NCBI GenBank assembly: GCA_965285935.1 | Contig: OZ260664.1 | Coordinates: forward strand, 4,092,001 to 4,156,000 | Direction of reading: 5' to 3' | Length of the DNA: 64,000 nucleotides | From: Ophelia neglecta | Taxonomy: Eukaryota | Shown here: piece by piece, positions 26,165 through 39,600 of the stretch | Numbering within the stretch: the stretch's first letter is position 1 | How the letters are laid out: each line of letters opens with the position of its first letter | The notes under the pieces: model-generated | Databases searched by the model: none | Told to the model about the DNA's origin: nothing | Seen by the model: the letters and a program-made list of their open reading frames with translations, nothing else | Translations under genes and position numbers: made by a program

Positions 26165-27214
26165 CTACGTAAAGTGAGTGGTGCTTGTAGGGAACTGCAG
26201 AGTAAATGTTTCCTTCATAACTGTACGAAACATGCGTCCAAAGATTAAGTAAATAAAAAAGTTAATAGATGAGTTGATGACCATCAGTAACTGACTTATG
26301 ATATTTAATTTAAACTTTCCTTTACTGAACCCTGGTGTAAATATGGTGGATTGGGATTTTCTCTCAACGATTGTGGCTAGTCTTAGAAGGAGCTCAGGAG
26401 TCTCACAAATGATAAACACCAGAACGATGACTACTAACACGAGGGTGGCGTTGTTTTCACTGTATCCCGAACGAGTGGAACAATCACGGTGAAATCTTCG
26501 AGATTTTTTAATCGTTTGTACAAGGCAGACATTCATATAAGACAATATCGTCAGAGGTAAGATGTACAACAATAGTAAAGACGCCCCTTGTTGGTAGATA
26601 TCGTAATAGAGTGGATGGTTAAACTGAGGCCTGATGATACTACGGCTGATTGTCATATTGTCACAGGGATTGAACCATTCCACGATGCAGCTCTCAAAGA
26701 ACCTAGGGACGTTATACAGTATTCCTAATATAAAGACGCCCATCGCTGCTCCTTGCTTACTCCTCTTATCAAACAATATGGGCGCTTGGAGAGGCTTACA
26801 CAGGTAGATATACCTGTCGATAGTCACCAGTACCATGGTCCAAATCGTGATTGTCTGGCAGGTCTTCAACATGGGAAACACGACAGGCTGCATCAAGATG
26901 TAGTTACGGTACACAGGTAAGATATACTTGATTGGATATCTTAGAATTGCAGCGAGTAAATACAGACCATCAGCCACCGCTAGAGCCTGAAGTAGTAACA
27001 CTGCTTTTTGTCTGTCTTTATCCCTTCGTAGAACAGCGATTGTAACCAGATTCCCCAATATTCCCACCACACAAACCAGGCCGATCAAATAGAATTCTAC
27101 CAAGCGTTCCAAACTTATTGGCACAAGTCTTGTGGTAACTATGCTTATATTGTCATCGAAACGGGGACACACTGATATGTTTAAAACAGTCAAGCCGCAC
27201 CCCGTGTTAGGCAT
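26165..27214 (-). CDS. Class A GPCR, FMRFamide-receptor/Srw-like, paralog 2 (349 aa, single coding exon)
   Basis: Collinear with paralog 1: GILGN, LAVAD, TIDRY, YNVPRFFESC, ICETP, INSSINFFIY. Candidate 5'-UTR acceptor (ctaaac...ccctttCAG) at 27362. Confidence 0.93.
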   Translation of the reverse strand: MPNTGCGLTVLNISVCPRFDDNISIVTTRLVPISLERLVEFYLIGLVCVVGILGNLVTIAVLRRDKDRQKAVLLLQALAVADGLYLLAAILRYPIKYILPVYRNYILMQPVVFPMLKTCQTITIWTMVLVTIDRYIYLCKPLQAPILFDKRSKQGAAMGVFILGILYNVPRFFESCIVEWFNPCDNMTISRSIIRPQFNHPLYYDIYQQGASLLLLYILPLTILSYMNVCLVQTIKKSRRFHRDCSTRSGYSENNATLVLVVIVLVFIICETPELLLRLATIVERKSQSTIFTPGFSKGKFKLNIISQLLMVINSSINFFIYLIFGRMFRTVMKETFTLQFPTSTTHFT

Positions 27215-30089
27215 TTCGAAAGGTTGGATAGTGATTCAAATTGGTTAGTGTGTTAGCTATTGCAGCGGTGTGGCGAAAAAGGCTTCTGAAAATTCGCGTA
27301 TGCTTTGTCTTATGCCAGAATATTATTGAGTGTGGTGTCCATCAGCTGATATCTGTTTAATCTGAAAGGGAACACCCGTTTAGTTATTTTTTACTAGTCT
27401 TGATTTATTACCAATTGTGCACAAACAGTGCGTGTATGCAGAGCTTAACATGCTCTCCGAATTGAGTAGTATTCAGTTAATAATAATCATAAAAATAATA
27501 CTATTGACATTATTTAACTTTCCTCGTTAAAGAACTCGAGGGCGACATATAAAAAAGAAGGAAATTGTACTACATATAACCCCTTAATTGAAAATTTAAG
27601 TGTATGCGTACCTTCTGTTGTTTTCCAAGGCATAATTTGTGGTTCTAATCGAAGTATGCTTAGCGCGACAATATTTTCACCCGTTCATCTAGAACAGTTT
27701 ACGACAGCCTTCTTCGTTCCTGTAAAAAAGGTAGACCTTTTGTTACAGCACTGCATCACAAGGCAAATAAGTCAGGCAGACGATGGCGTATGCTGCTTAT
27801 AATAATAAACACATCGAAAAGGTTATTTAAAAAGGCAGTGCATTTTTTTTATGCTAATCGAGATGTGCAACATGAACATGATGACAACAGTTGGTTCCTG
27901 TAGATTAGTTAACATTCATTACCGGTTAAGTATAGTATTTCTCTCCCCGAAACATTTTCTCTTTTCGAGAAACTAGTTTTTAAGTGTTTATATCTCAAAC
28001 CTAAACAAGCATTCGGCAAACTCCTAAATTCTGGATTTATGCCACGTTCGTATGGCTAGATCCAAGCTGGGGGTCATAACCTATCGCGGAGAGTAAATAT
28101 ATAACACTGGCTTATCTCGCATGCAAAATAAATGCCTGACTTGTTGATTTATTGTGTTAGTGGTGGCCTTCCAATGATGGATCACCGGTTGCCTGCCTCG
28201 CACATCATTCTGGTCTAGTTCTCTACGGTCTTATGACCAAAACATAGCACGAGGCGGCTCCCGCTATAGCTCATTACTCAACTTTTCCTAAGCTTGGCAA
28301 TTTAAGACGACGCCCAGCTTTGTATTCAATGAAATGGTCTACACATACATGGCAGAAACAGCTACGTGTCGTAACACATACACAAGAAGTCCCATTTCAA
28401 CAGCAGGATAAGAAGCGGCAGACACTGGACGGCTATCCGAAAGTTAAGTACCATAAGTAACAGAAAACGCCACATTATATCGGGGCCACATCACCAGGGA
28501 CGTCAGCTACAAGGGACACCAATCCCAAGATTCCTTACAGAAAAACTGAGGTGTTATTGTTTTAACGTTGTGAAAACGAGTATCATCGTAAAGTCCAGAA
28601 TCATGCAATAATTGCACAACGTATTGCATCTATGTGCATTATGAGGACAACAACTTTTAATGGTGAACATGCATAATAGAAACAAAATCAAATACGCAGC
28701 CTCCCTTACCATATGCCAAATCACATACATTGCTGCTTTTCATACTAAGGTAGTTTTCCGAGGCAAATCCCATTTATATGAATAGGAATATAAAAGATTA
28801 TTTGATATAATAACCGATCTGAACTTAAGTTCGCACTGAAGAACAACCTTCAAAGACTCTTAAGGAAATGAAGTTTAGTGAAAATATGTTGGGGTGCAGA
28901 TGTTAACCGAAGATGCTTTTCATGTGCTATTGTCCTCCTCTCAATAGCATTATTTTCTTAACTGCCTCGAAAACCACGCATCCTTCGACCGACTGTTTGC
29001 TATGTGTACATCAGCTGGACTGAAATTGTTCTCTGAACAGGCGATGAGTCTGACGTTTTGTAGGGTGTGTGTGGGCGAAAACTTACCTCCCTAAATGGCA
29101 CGAAAAAAACTCACTGGAGACATGATAAGCGGAAGGGAAACGCGGTTCATTCAAATTTCTCTTTCAAGCCCCTGCCAAATACTGGCCTGTATATATCAGG
29201 ATATTTGAATTATGGTCGAACGGACGGGGATAAACGGCTTTTTTTGGGGCAATGACAGCATATTCCTGTTATAAATTCGCATCTCGGTCGTATACCAGAT
29301 ATTCATTTTCCAAGTTCCGCAGTGTTTGCATACCATGTGCCATTTTATTAATGCTTCTGATTTATGTCACACGTATGCAGACGGTGTAATAATATTGAGA
29401 CATCGAGATAAATTATTCTCTTAATTTCGTTTTTGTATGTTCCGATGAAACAATATAACTGCTGAAATTGCAAATACAGAAGGGTGTTGTTAGATTAGCG
29501 CGCCCCTGCTAGTTCCTTATTTTTTCGGGCAGGTTTCATTGATTATTTCGGATTTATGGTTTTGGTTGGTCTGTCGGATATCCACGGATCATCGTGAATT
29601 TGCACCTATCGAGTTAATCCTTGATTATTGCTTTTCAGTGGCAGCCGGTTTTAACTCGTTTGTTTCTAGGGTTTCATGTTTCAGAATATGTTTTTTCATC
29701 CGATAAGCCAACCGATAGAAGTGTGGGAATGTGGACTAATTTTTACTTTAGTATTTATGTCGCTGAATATGTATTTAGTTATAAAATACAGTTATTTTTA
29801 ATTACTTTAATAATTTGAAAATGATAGACGCTTGAGGTATAATATTTTGCCTGTAATCAATAAAATGATCGTTTACTAACAAATAGCAGTTAGTTATTTT
29901 AATCAATTCGTACTTCTATATGGTCTCGATGGGATTTTATATTTCAAATGAATTTTTACTTGGATAAAGACATAATCAATTAGTATTGAGGAACTGGGTA
30001 ATGATAATACAGTATGGTGGATGACAATAAACTTCAATCCACAGATGTACATAGGTAACTATATCAAGTTTAATAACCGCGTCGCTGGG

Positions 30090-30840
30090 GATACGGTTGT
30101 TCAGTTGGTAGACGAATTAAATCTTGTTGACATTTTTGAAACGCAGAACCATGATATGAAAGATTTACCTGAAGACATACATGGCCTACATACATGCTCG
30201 GAGGGTAATTTGACTACGGGGTGCTTGGTGCTGACGGTAAATGGAAAGAAATAATCAAACATGAACTTAAACTTGATAACAGAATTTTCTAATTTACTCA
30301 AGGTAAACGCGTCACGCATTAACCAAGAAAGTACAATAGCATAATCAGCTCTGAAATAACAACGTTGCATATTATTCTTGTCTCATTATTCATGCAACAC
30401 AAACCAACGATTGACTTATTTGGCTAAACAAACAACAGGGGATGTTGTTTGGTTTACAAGATTTATAGTTGAGAAAAAACTCTTCCAATTCAGTATTATA
30501 CCAACGTCTGACGTATCTTGACTATTATATAAGTGTGCTACAATTTTATGATTTCATTGATCGGTGGAATCGATAGAGGGGAAGACTAATTCATTGCGTT
30601 AGTCAACAAAGAGCTGCATGCCACAATAGAAAAGAAAATATGTCACGAACTCAATTGAATTCTATATCAGTCTCTAGAAGGGTAACTCTGTGTCAATCCG
30701 GCAAATCCCTGATAACCCATTCGTCATTTTGCTTACTGCCCGCGGAATCATACAGCAGAAACTCGTCACATATGGAATGTCAGGAAAAAAATCTGTCTGG
30801 AAGCAGAAATCCGAAATCAATTTACATTTGACGTCAATTC
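30090..30840 (+). mobile_element. Highly decayed L1/Tx1-like LINE ORF2 remnant
   Basis: VQLVDELNLVDIFETQNHDMK then, with a frameshift, RFT*R (compare endonuclease L.DIWR..NP..KRFTW). SISVSRRV...LLPAE at about 30660-30750 loosely resembles the RT segment F.ISRGVRQG...LF.L.AE. Confidence 0.5.
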
Positions 30841-31711
30841 CTATGAGGGAACTCAAGGGGCATCCTCCTTAAACAGCAGAGCATTAATGTGTTGCCTAAA
30901 AGCATATTGATCATTTCTCCATATACGACAGAACTTTGTTAATAAATATGACAATGAATGCAAAGAATATGACAGAAATATTTAGGCATGATCTCTTCAA
31001 GTTATTCATGCTTTTACAACCAATAACCTCTATCACAGTCGCAGCTAATATAGCAGAGCCATTATATCAAGACCAAATATATCCATACGAAAAATAGTGA
31101 AGGCGTTATGAACCTTTCATGCGAGCAGTTTTTGGTCATTACCAAAAAATTGCGATTGACTAACATTTAAAAAAACGCATATGGAGCTCGTGGTCTCATT
31201 CTCCGCGGCCTGCAGGTCGGTGTACACATCAATAGATGGTTCAGAAACAAACTAATAATTTGCGTTCAATATAGGTATAATATATATTCTTGGCTAAGGG
31301 ATGGTGTTTCATGTTTCAGAGTGCTTATTATTCGTGGTTCAACCGTATAAGACTCACCCACAGAATGGTCTGCGCTTACTTTCTCTAATCAAGCGTGTGA
31401 TCTCATGTCGAATTTGATCAGTACAGAAGTAGGTTTATGCCTGATCAATATTGCATGACATCCTGGCTCTTTGTGGGTTCAAACAATTACATGTTTATAC
31501 AAACGAGAGAAGCCTTTAGCGCCTAGTGGGATCCGGTTTTCACAGATTCATCTACCTGATAACAGTCCCATTATACATGCTAGTTTCTGTTATCTTAGAA
31601 ATGAGTGGGTGTTCGCCACTCACATTAAAAACTGATTTTGATATTGTTCGAGTACTCTGAATTCTTATTAGTGCGCTGAACATATTATCCGGAATTATAT
31701 GTCTATATCAA

Positions 31712-31760
31712 GAACAGAACTGAATGAACTGAACTTTTATTAAACAAATAAATACAAATA
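31712..31760 (-). repeat. Probable LINE 3' tail (AATAAA plus GTTCA-like repeats)
   Basis: Minus strand reads ttgtttAATAAAagttcagttcattcagttctgttc. Confidence 0.4.
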
Positions 31761-34629
31761 ATAACATGCATATATAAATCAACCATAATGTTATACAAAG
31801 ATAATTATTAATTAAATAAGTGTTCACAAAAGTGAAGTGTTTAGTTTGGTTTAAAGACCCCCACCATGAGGGCCACCTAAGAGGAACTCTCAGATTACTT
31901 CACCCGGTCAACACTGCATGATGTCGCGCACTGCAGACTTATATACCTGATTTCAATTTCAGTGATGAATGCAGGAATCGTTTTGTTTTATGACCTAGCT
32001 TGTCGCCTTATACCATAGGATGTGATCCCGGCTATTTGGCCTTGTAGGATACTTTGAAATACTATGCTGTAGGAAACGGTACAGGATCAGTTTTCGGATA
32101 TGCAACCAATAATGTGTATTCATTTTCTGGACAGATAATGTGGATGGAGGTCAATTATATTCATGGGAACGACTCTTCCAACACATTTGCTAGCGACTTA
32201 TTGACTTTGCTTGCAGTTTGTTATTGATAGAAGGCTCTTCCCTAAATCAACGCGATGCAGCTTCGTTAGAATTCTATCTGCCTAATCAATAATTAATGAT
32301 AATTCCTCTGTTTCAAAAAGAAAGTCGGTGGAGATACCTCCGCGTGTTTTTTTCCAAGAAATAGACAGAGCATGTTAATATTTCCAGTGCTCAGTCTAAA
32401 CTATGCAATATGATCCATTGCTTCCTGCAAGTCAACCAATATAAAAGTAGTCATATACCAGTTAAACGATTCTCGTGTTATTCTGTCTGCAACTTATTTA
32501 CCTAGAATGAAGGAGGGAACTGTTTGTATAGCGTATGTTGATTTAAAAAAAGTGTGGCTTTTGTGGGTGTACCCATTAATTAGGTACATGCTTGATAGCA
32601 CGATGAAAATGTACAATGCATAAGTCTAAAAAGACGTGATTACCTCATCAATTATGTTAATCAAATGTTTTTATCAATTAGACACCCATCAGGACTGAGC
32701 GTTTCCAGCTGGCCTCCGTTGATTTTTGTAAACGCACTAGCTGAGCTATGGAAGTTGATAAAAAGGATTCAATTATTTCTGGCCTACTATGAGACTAGAG
32801 AAACATTATAGCTTCAGTGTGTTTATTTTGCCAGCTCGCTGTTAATCGATAGTTCTCCACCAAGGATTTGCTTCCTCTGCTGTAAACTGTTCTGCGAGGG
32901 AAGATCCGTGCAATTTCCATTTATATATAGTACTGTAGATAATATTGTTTGGGAGGATGCAATGATTTGCCATAAACGAATTTTGCATTTGGAAACATTA
33001 AAATGCCACCTACAAATTCATCTTAAGATTGGAGTGGTCATTGATGCATTTCAGTAAAATTTGTCTAATAATCAAAATATATCAGTCACGGTTCGGCCCA
33101 TCCAATATGATATTGTCGGTGTGGGTTCTGTGTGTTATGATAGTGAAGTTGTAGTGCGGTGGCGATAGGGTAGGGGCACATTTAATCTCATGTTGTTAAA
33201 AAATACTTTGAATCCGTTAGTATGAAAACGATGGTATATAGCCCATATCGTGTTAATATTCGTACTAATCAAACCATCCCTCATCCTAGCCCCGCATTCA
33301 CCGGAAGTCAAACATATATATCATTTCATAGATCATAAATTGTTGAATGCTTAGGGGGTCCGTTGAAAGTATTCAGATTAACACTGAAGGTTAAATCATC
33401 AGATACAAGGCTGTTGGATCATGATATATAAACAAGCGGGTAGGGATACCTGTTCATACATTTCTGTCTACAACAAGAGAAATGCTGTAAATATTGTGAT
33501 ATATTCCTTAGTTACAGTAATTGTGCAGCTATCGGGATAACCGAAATCACCTGCAGCAGGCAGTACTCAACCCTAGTCCATGAGTCAAATAACCTTAAAA
33601 TGTAGCCAGCGATCATTGTGGGACAGGCTCTTTACTATGATTTTAGAAGGAAATTAAATGACAGAGTTGCATGGCTTCTATGTAGCGTTTCCGCCCATCA
33701 TGAGGTACGCCTGAATCACTTTTAAAGCCTCTTGTTAATCTGCCGTGCGCTATTTATGACAGGCCTCCAATTTGCTTCAATGTACTCTATACTGAAACGA
33801 CGGATACAATTTCATAGAAGCCAAATCTTTTAACGACCGTTCAATTTTTCCTACCACGTGCTGATCCAAACTTGATTCATGTAGTGCGCATTCATTTAGG
33901 GTAAATGCATTCATGCTTCAGAAATTCGGCCGACAGTTTCAATAGTTTGAATATACCTTAATGTTTTGATGAATATGATAAAAAATAATCCGTTAAATGC
34001 TATAAATATTTCTTTTAAAAATGACACTGAATATACATACTTTACTTTTTTGAGCAATCTGTATCGCATAATGATGGAGCAATAGAATAAGTCAGATATT
34101 TGATATATGCAAGTTATTTTATTTTAATCGTGATTTAATTTTATATTTTTATTTCTCAGAATTTTATTTTCTATTTGCTCAAAGCTAGATATACCTTTTT
34201 TGATATCATTAATGACATCTGTGTACGATGCGTTCAATAGTGTGTACAATAATCTTCACATGAATAGCAAAATAAGCGATATAAGTATGTGTTCGTATAT
34301 GTGTAATGTAAGATTCATATTTATTTTACTGTATTTTAAGCAATTTGTGCGAACCAGTTTTGGTGCTTAATCTAAACTGTCCTATGTATAACAGTAAAGT
34401 ATTGGGATGGATGGGAGTGGGTATCAAATCACTAATATAGTAGTTTATATTGCGCAAATGTAGCTTTCGCATCTCATTTATACAAAGCCAATGAAATCTA
34501 CTTGAAAGTGGGACAAAGAACACACTACCGGGAAATACCGTCTACTTAAGATATAGGTCATACACAGGCTCTAAGGGAAAGGAGGGAAAATAAAAGCATC
34601 AGTACATTACCTGTATATAACATACTTAC

Positions 34630-35056
34630 TTGTATGACAAGCTTGTTTGATACAGGTGTCCAGCAGCTTTCACTGACCAATCACGCTATGTCCATGACAC
34701 AAATTAGTCGTAGGACCTAGTTTCGTCAGGGATGTATTGTTGCTCCGTTAACAAATAAAGTTAATCCGAGGTTATTTAGCGTTTTATATTAAAGTCCAGT
34801 AAAAAGCTTCATCCTTGGTGCTGTCTTTTGCCAAAAACTGCTTATAGAACATTTAACTTTTAAATGAAGGATGTTCTTGTTCTATTAGACTGCAACGATG
34901 CTACATATCCTGGAATATATTAAGTGAATATCCAGAATGACTCGCTCGCCAGTACAAGAACACACGCTTGCGGGCAGCATCAAGTCGCCCACGCTAAGAA
35001 GCGCGCTGAGAGCGACTGGCTGGTTGAGGCAAGACCGCTTTATAGAGATTGACTCA
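34630..35056 (-). promoter_or_regulatory. Candidate core promoter and non-coding first exon (possibly of GPCR paralog 2)
   Basis: Minus strand: TATAAG (about 35043) with an Inr-like CAGTC about 25 nt downstream in a local CpG-rich patch, an AP-1 site TGACTCA at 35050, and donors GTAAGT (34629) and CAG|GTAATG (34610). Confidence 0.25.
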
Positions 35057-36590
35057 CAATTAAGCGTGGTTATAGGTAGGCTGTGAACACAAACTACTTA
35101 AATAAAACACGGCCTCTTATCACCGATTTAGTAGTCTATAGCAGAAAAAAAGAGACGATGTTCATTTCATGGAGTTACCAGCATCACCATATTGCAAAAA
35201 CAGCCTTATTAACTGCTCACAATAATAAGTTTACACAAACTGTGTATATTTGAAATACACGATATTTCATTCTAGTGTTATTGTCAACTTCTATAGTAGA
35301 AGTCATTTCAGAAAACAATTAGGTTCTACGTATAAGTGTTGTCAAGTTTAAACTGCTTTTGATTTCATTACAAGCTTATCACACAGTTAGGCAGCAAGGT
35401 TTTGATATTGTGTTCCTTCATCTGGCGGTTTAAAAAAGATGTTCGGTTGGTTTCCTCAATTAGGTCAATAGAGGCGGCTGTTCTCGAATAATCATTTTAT
35501 TTTGTTTGCCTAATATCCACACTACCGTCTTCTAACTTTATTTTAACTCCGAAATAAAATACTTAGCCTCATCATTTCAAGCCTTGCCCAGAACTGCATT
35601 TAGTCTTTATCTTATACACTGATGTCATATATTACCAGGATTCAGGTTTCAAGAATCTATACTGTGCGATAGACTCAAGACCAAGAATAGCCTCATTTGC
35701 TTCAACAAATATTAACATCCATTCATATATAAATAGACGATTTCTGCTATCATTCTGGCTATATATTAAGTCATCCCGAGTGAATGGACAAGCTCGAATA
35801 TACTATTATTATTGACAAAACGTGTAGCTTATTAGTTGCAAGCGGACTTAAAGGTTACAGTATTTCACGCCCAAACAACGCACCAGTCCTGTTCAGTCAA
35901 CTCTCGATTCAATTGGATACCAAGACTGACTCCAAGAAGAATGGATATTATATAAAATATGATCATAATTCCCAGCATTCATTCAGTTCTGTTCGAAGCG
36001 GGTGCGATTTTTTGGTGCGGACCGTTTGTGAGATGGTGATACCTGTGGTTGACGTTTGGTGGCGATAGTCAGGCAACATTGGCATATAAACAAAACATTT
36101 CGTGTCGAAAATCTGGCGAAGCGTAACTTATCAAAGAGTTTCGACAGAACTCTTTCGCCATCTGAAATTCGCGAAATTTACCGAAACTTCCTGATTTACA
36201 ACAGATATGTAGCCAATTTTGAAAGCTGACTGGCTACATTGAAGAAACTTAGAAATGCAGGTGTCCTTCTAATTATATGTGCCTTATTAGTTCTTTTAAA
36301 GAATAATAACATGGCAAAGTATAAAAAAGATCTAGCATTGACTTAAACTTAGTTTTCTTCCATAAAATGAGTCATTGATCAACACAGGAGCTGTAAAACG
36401 CCCTCCAAATAAAAGGAAGCTGATAGAGTAACAAGGCTTCTATGTGAGGTTTCCGGAAGTCTCAGGAAGTACGCCTCATTCACATTCTAAGTTCCAGGCT
36501 ATATCTACGTGCTCTTTTCATGCATCAAAATGACTGCTTTGTATTCATTTGACACGTGACGAATTCAATTTTATAGAAGCCACTAAATGG

Positions 36591-36630
36591 ACATCAAGGA
36601 CTGAAGTGTTCATGCTTCAGTCCTTGATGT
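36591..36630. repeat. Perfect 16-bp inverted repeat with an 8-nt loop
   Basis: acatcaaggactgaag-tgttcatg-cttcagtccttgatgt. Confidence 0.9.
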
Positions 36631-39600
36631 ATCAAATGAGTAGTCTGTGAGGGCTGTTTGTGAGACGGCAATGGCTGTAGATTGGTGGCGGTAGTCAGTC
36701 AACATTGATAGAATAACTGATGCAATTGGTGAAGCAAATTTCAACATATTTTCAACAACAGTATTCGCGACTTCATGTGGCCCGTTTCGCAGTGAAACGA
36801 TATCGCATGTCAATACATGTCTATGCCCGCCAGTTTAAAATAAAAGAGCATTGTGTGATTTTCTATTCTATTAAATTGCTGAGTAGCAAGTGACGGTGCT
36901 TTGGTTTATAACGATTTAAGAGACAGGCTTGCCTTACAATGACGTGTCAATGCACGAAAAAACAGCTAAACCCTATCAAAACCACCAATGATTAAATTAG
37001 CAGCCATATTTTGGATTAAACAAAATATCAACGGATACAATACAAAAGCCATACACGGGCTGAACGACATTATTGTTAACATTCAGAAAAATTCCAGATG
37101 TATTCGGCCACATATATTTGATTTTGTTTGTCGTTCATCGCCTCTCGTTTACAGATTTTGGGTTAACAAATATCAATTGTATTGTACTAAACAGATTAAC
37201 CATTATATTAAATTCAACTTAGGTAGTCATGTCGACTATTAATAACAATTGATGTGCTCCAAAATTTTTAAGAGTGTGTGTGTGGGGGGGGGGGGGTTCG
37301 AATTTCCTTATGTGTACACAGGAATTAAAAACAAATGTATAATTGCATTGTAAGGCGAGGCTCTTTAATAGTGTTGCTTAGGCATCTGATAGGTTAGAAA
37401 GTTGGATTGACCCGCTTTAACTGTACTTGGTTATGAATATATCCTAGATCATGTTCTCACCCTTAGAGTTTGTACACTAATCTTTCCATGAATGACTAAA
37501 TAAATAAACTATACAATATAAATATTATTCTATGAAGTGCACGTATGAATCATAGGATCCAAACATATATGTTATGCCTTATTAGTGTATATGCTATACG
37601 ACATTAGTACACATGTTCGTACATATTAAATGCACATTATCGACCCAGCTTTATTCATCTGTAAACAAGACTTTTCCACGGACCGGATTTTCTTGCGATT
37701 ATTTTGAAATATCCACTCCTACGAAATGTACTGTGTGGCATTTCCATATATCGAGATATTTTTCTTGGTAATTTACTCTTTAATATGCGGAAGGCACAGC
37801 CTTGGTTCTAGCGTAGCTATTCGTGGCGATTTCCATGGTAATTCACTATCTAATTAAATGCCATAGGCACAGCTTTTGATCGAGCGTAGCTATAAGATGT
37901 ATTCACAAGAAAGTCATACAAATCTAGAATATGCTAATCTGGTAATGGACAGGAGAGCGTGTGCAACATCCCGCGCCACCAGTGTCACAACGTAAAGTGA
38001 ACAGACACCGTTGCAACTGTTACATTGTTTCCTTATCCATCCAGGCGGGAACCAGCATAGTGCAAGCGAGCAAATCCAGTTGAAAACCTAATGGTAATCG
38101 AAATACCACGTGCTATATTTGCAAATGATAAGATTTGGCATATGCTGTAATATGTTTGGCTGATAGTTCAAAGGCAATTGACAGTCACGCTATGTTTTCG
38201 ATTGCTGCTATTCTTACATTTATACAACTGCAAAATGTTTCCTTGGTTATTTTTCGTCTATAATAAACGTTGATATCAAAGACGTTTTTTTGTGTTAAGG
38301 ACGTGACCCGAATGATAAAGGGAATGAAATATGTGTCGTTCTTTATATATCCTATCGTAAAACCTTAATTTATATTTCTTTAGATACAATGCAACCACTC
38401 GTTTTCCGGTGAGTTATTAACTACAAAGGTAGCTCTGCTGAGGAAAACACTGAATGTACTACAACTCATCAGGAAATATAGCGAAAAAAGTCACAATATG
38501 TGTGCGATGACCAAAAGAAGGTTTAAACTCAGACCAAAATCTACCCTTATTGGATTACTATTGCCAAAATTATTTGTCCAAAATGGTTTAGAAAAAGAAA
38601 GATTCCAGCTTACTTATTTGTCAACAGCCATATACTTCATAGTTTATTAAGAGTGAGATAATGAATCGCTCAATTCCACATGAATATTGCCAAACAAGCG
38701 ATCAATTCGATAAAATTGTTGCCCGTGGCTCTACATGTCTCAGAAAAGAACCGACCAAGGACAAACATTTTATTAACTTATTGCTGCGAACCTAATATAT
38801 TTTAACCATATATCACAACATAATAAAACATTAGCCTCTTTCATAAATATCGTCCCGTTCCGCGAGTGGAGTTATGTGACTTAATTTTGAAGAAAAAAAG
38901 AATGGTTATTCATACGTTCCTGTCTTAAATTTAAATCCAAGTGAGGCGTAAGTCTGATATTTTCTGAAGCAATGAGTGTTTTTTTTTCTTTAGTTTGTGC
39001 TTAAATTTGGCTGATTTTCAAGTAAACTAACAAGGTTGGAGAGATCTTCATTCAGTTCAAAGATACGCTGTCACAGGTGCAAATGCATCCTGCTTAACTT
39101 TACATAGATTATTCCGATATCGGCGAACATTCCTGTGTATTTATATATAAACAACTTAATGCCTACCTGCCCTATTAATGACACTGTTTTGCGTAGGAAC
39201 CAGACATTTTAAATATCTAAATTTCATCATTGGGTGGCAGATCCGACAGTTTGAAGAGAATATATTTGTTTTCAATTTTCCCTTTATTGTTTGGGTAACG
39301 TTTATTGCTCCTAAATCAAAGTACATACCTCAATCAAGCAAAACTTGGGTTTCAAATCTTCAATTTTCTTACAAAGGGTGAGCCAAATTGAGAATGGTTA
39401 TGGTTCTTGCATCATGTTCACAGATTAGTATTTGGGTGTAGTTTATTTCGGTGTAGTATTTTTTTCGCTATAACATGTCTCATACATGTAATAACATGTT
39501 CATGTTTATCCAGAAACGAACTTAATATTAACAGATAAGGACATGATCTGCCTTGAATATGGACTGACCCATTGATAATAGTCTAATTATGTCTGTGTCA

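Noticed and set aside
37792-37893. 29-bp imperfect direct repeat (aggcacagc...agcgtagctat) about 73 bp apart
   Set aside because: Only two copies; most simply an old local duplication with no evidence of function.
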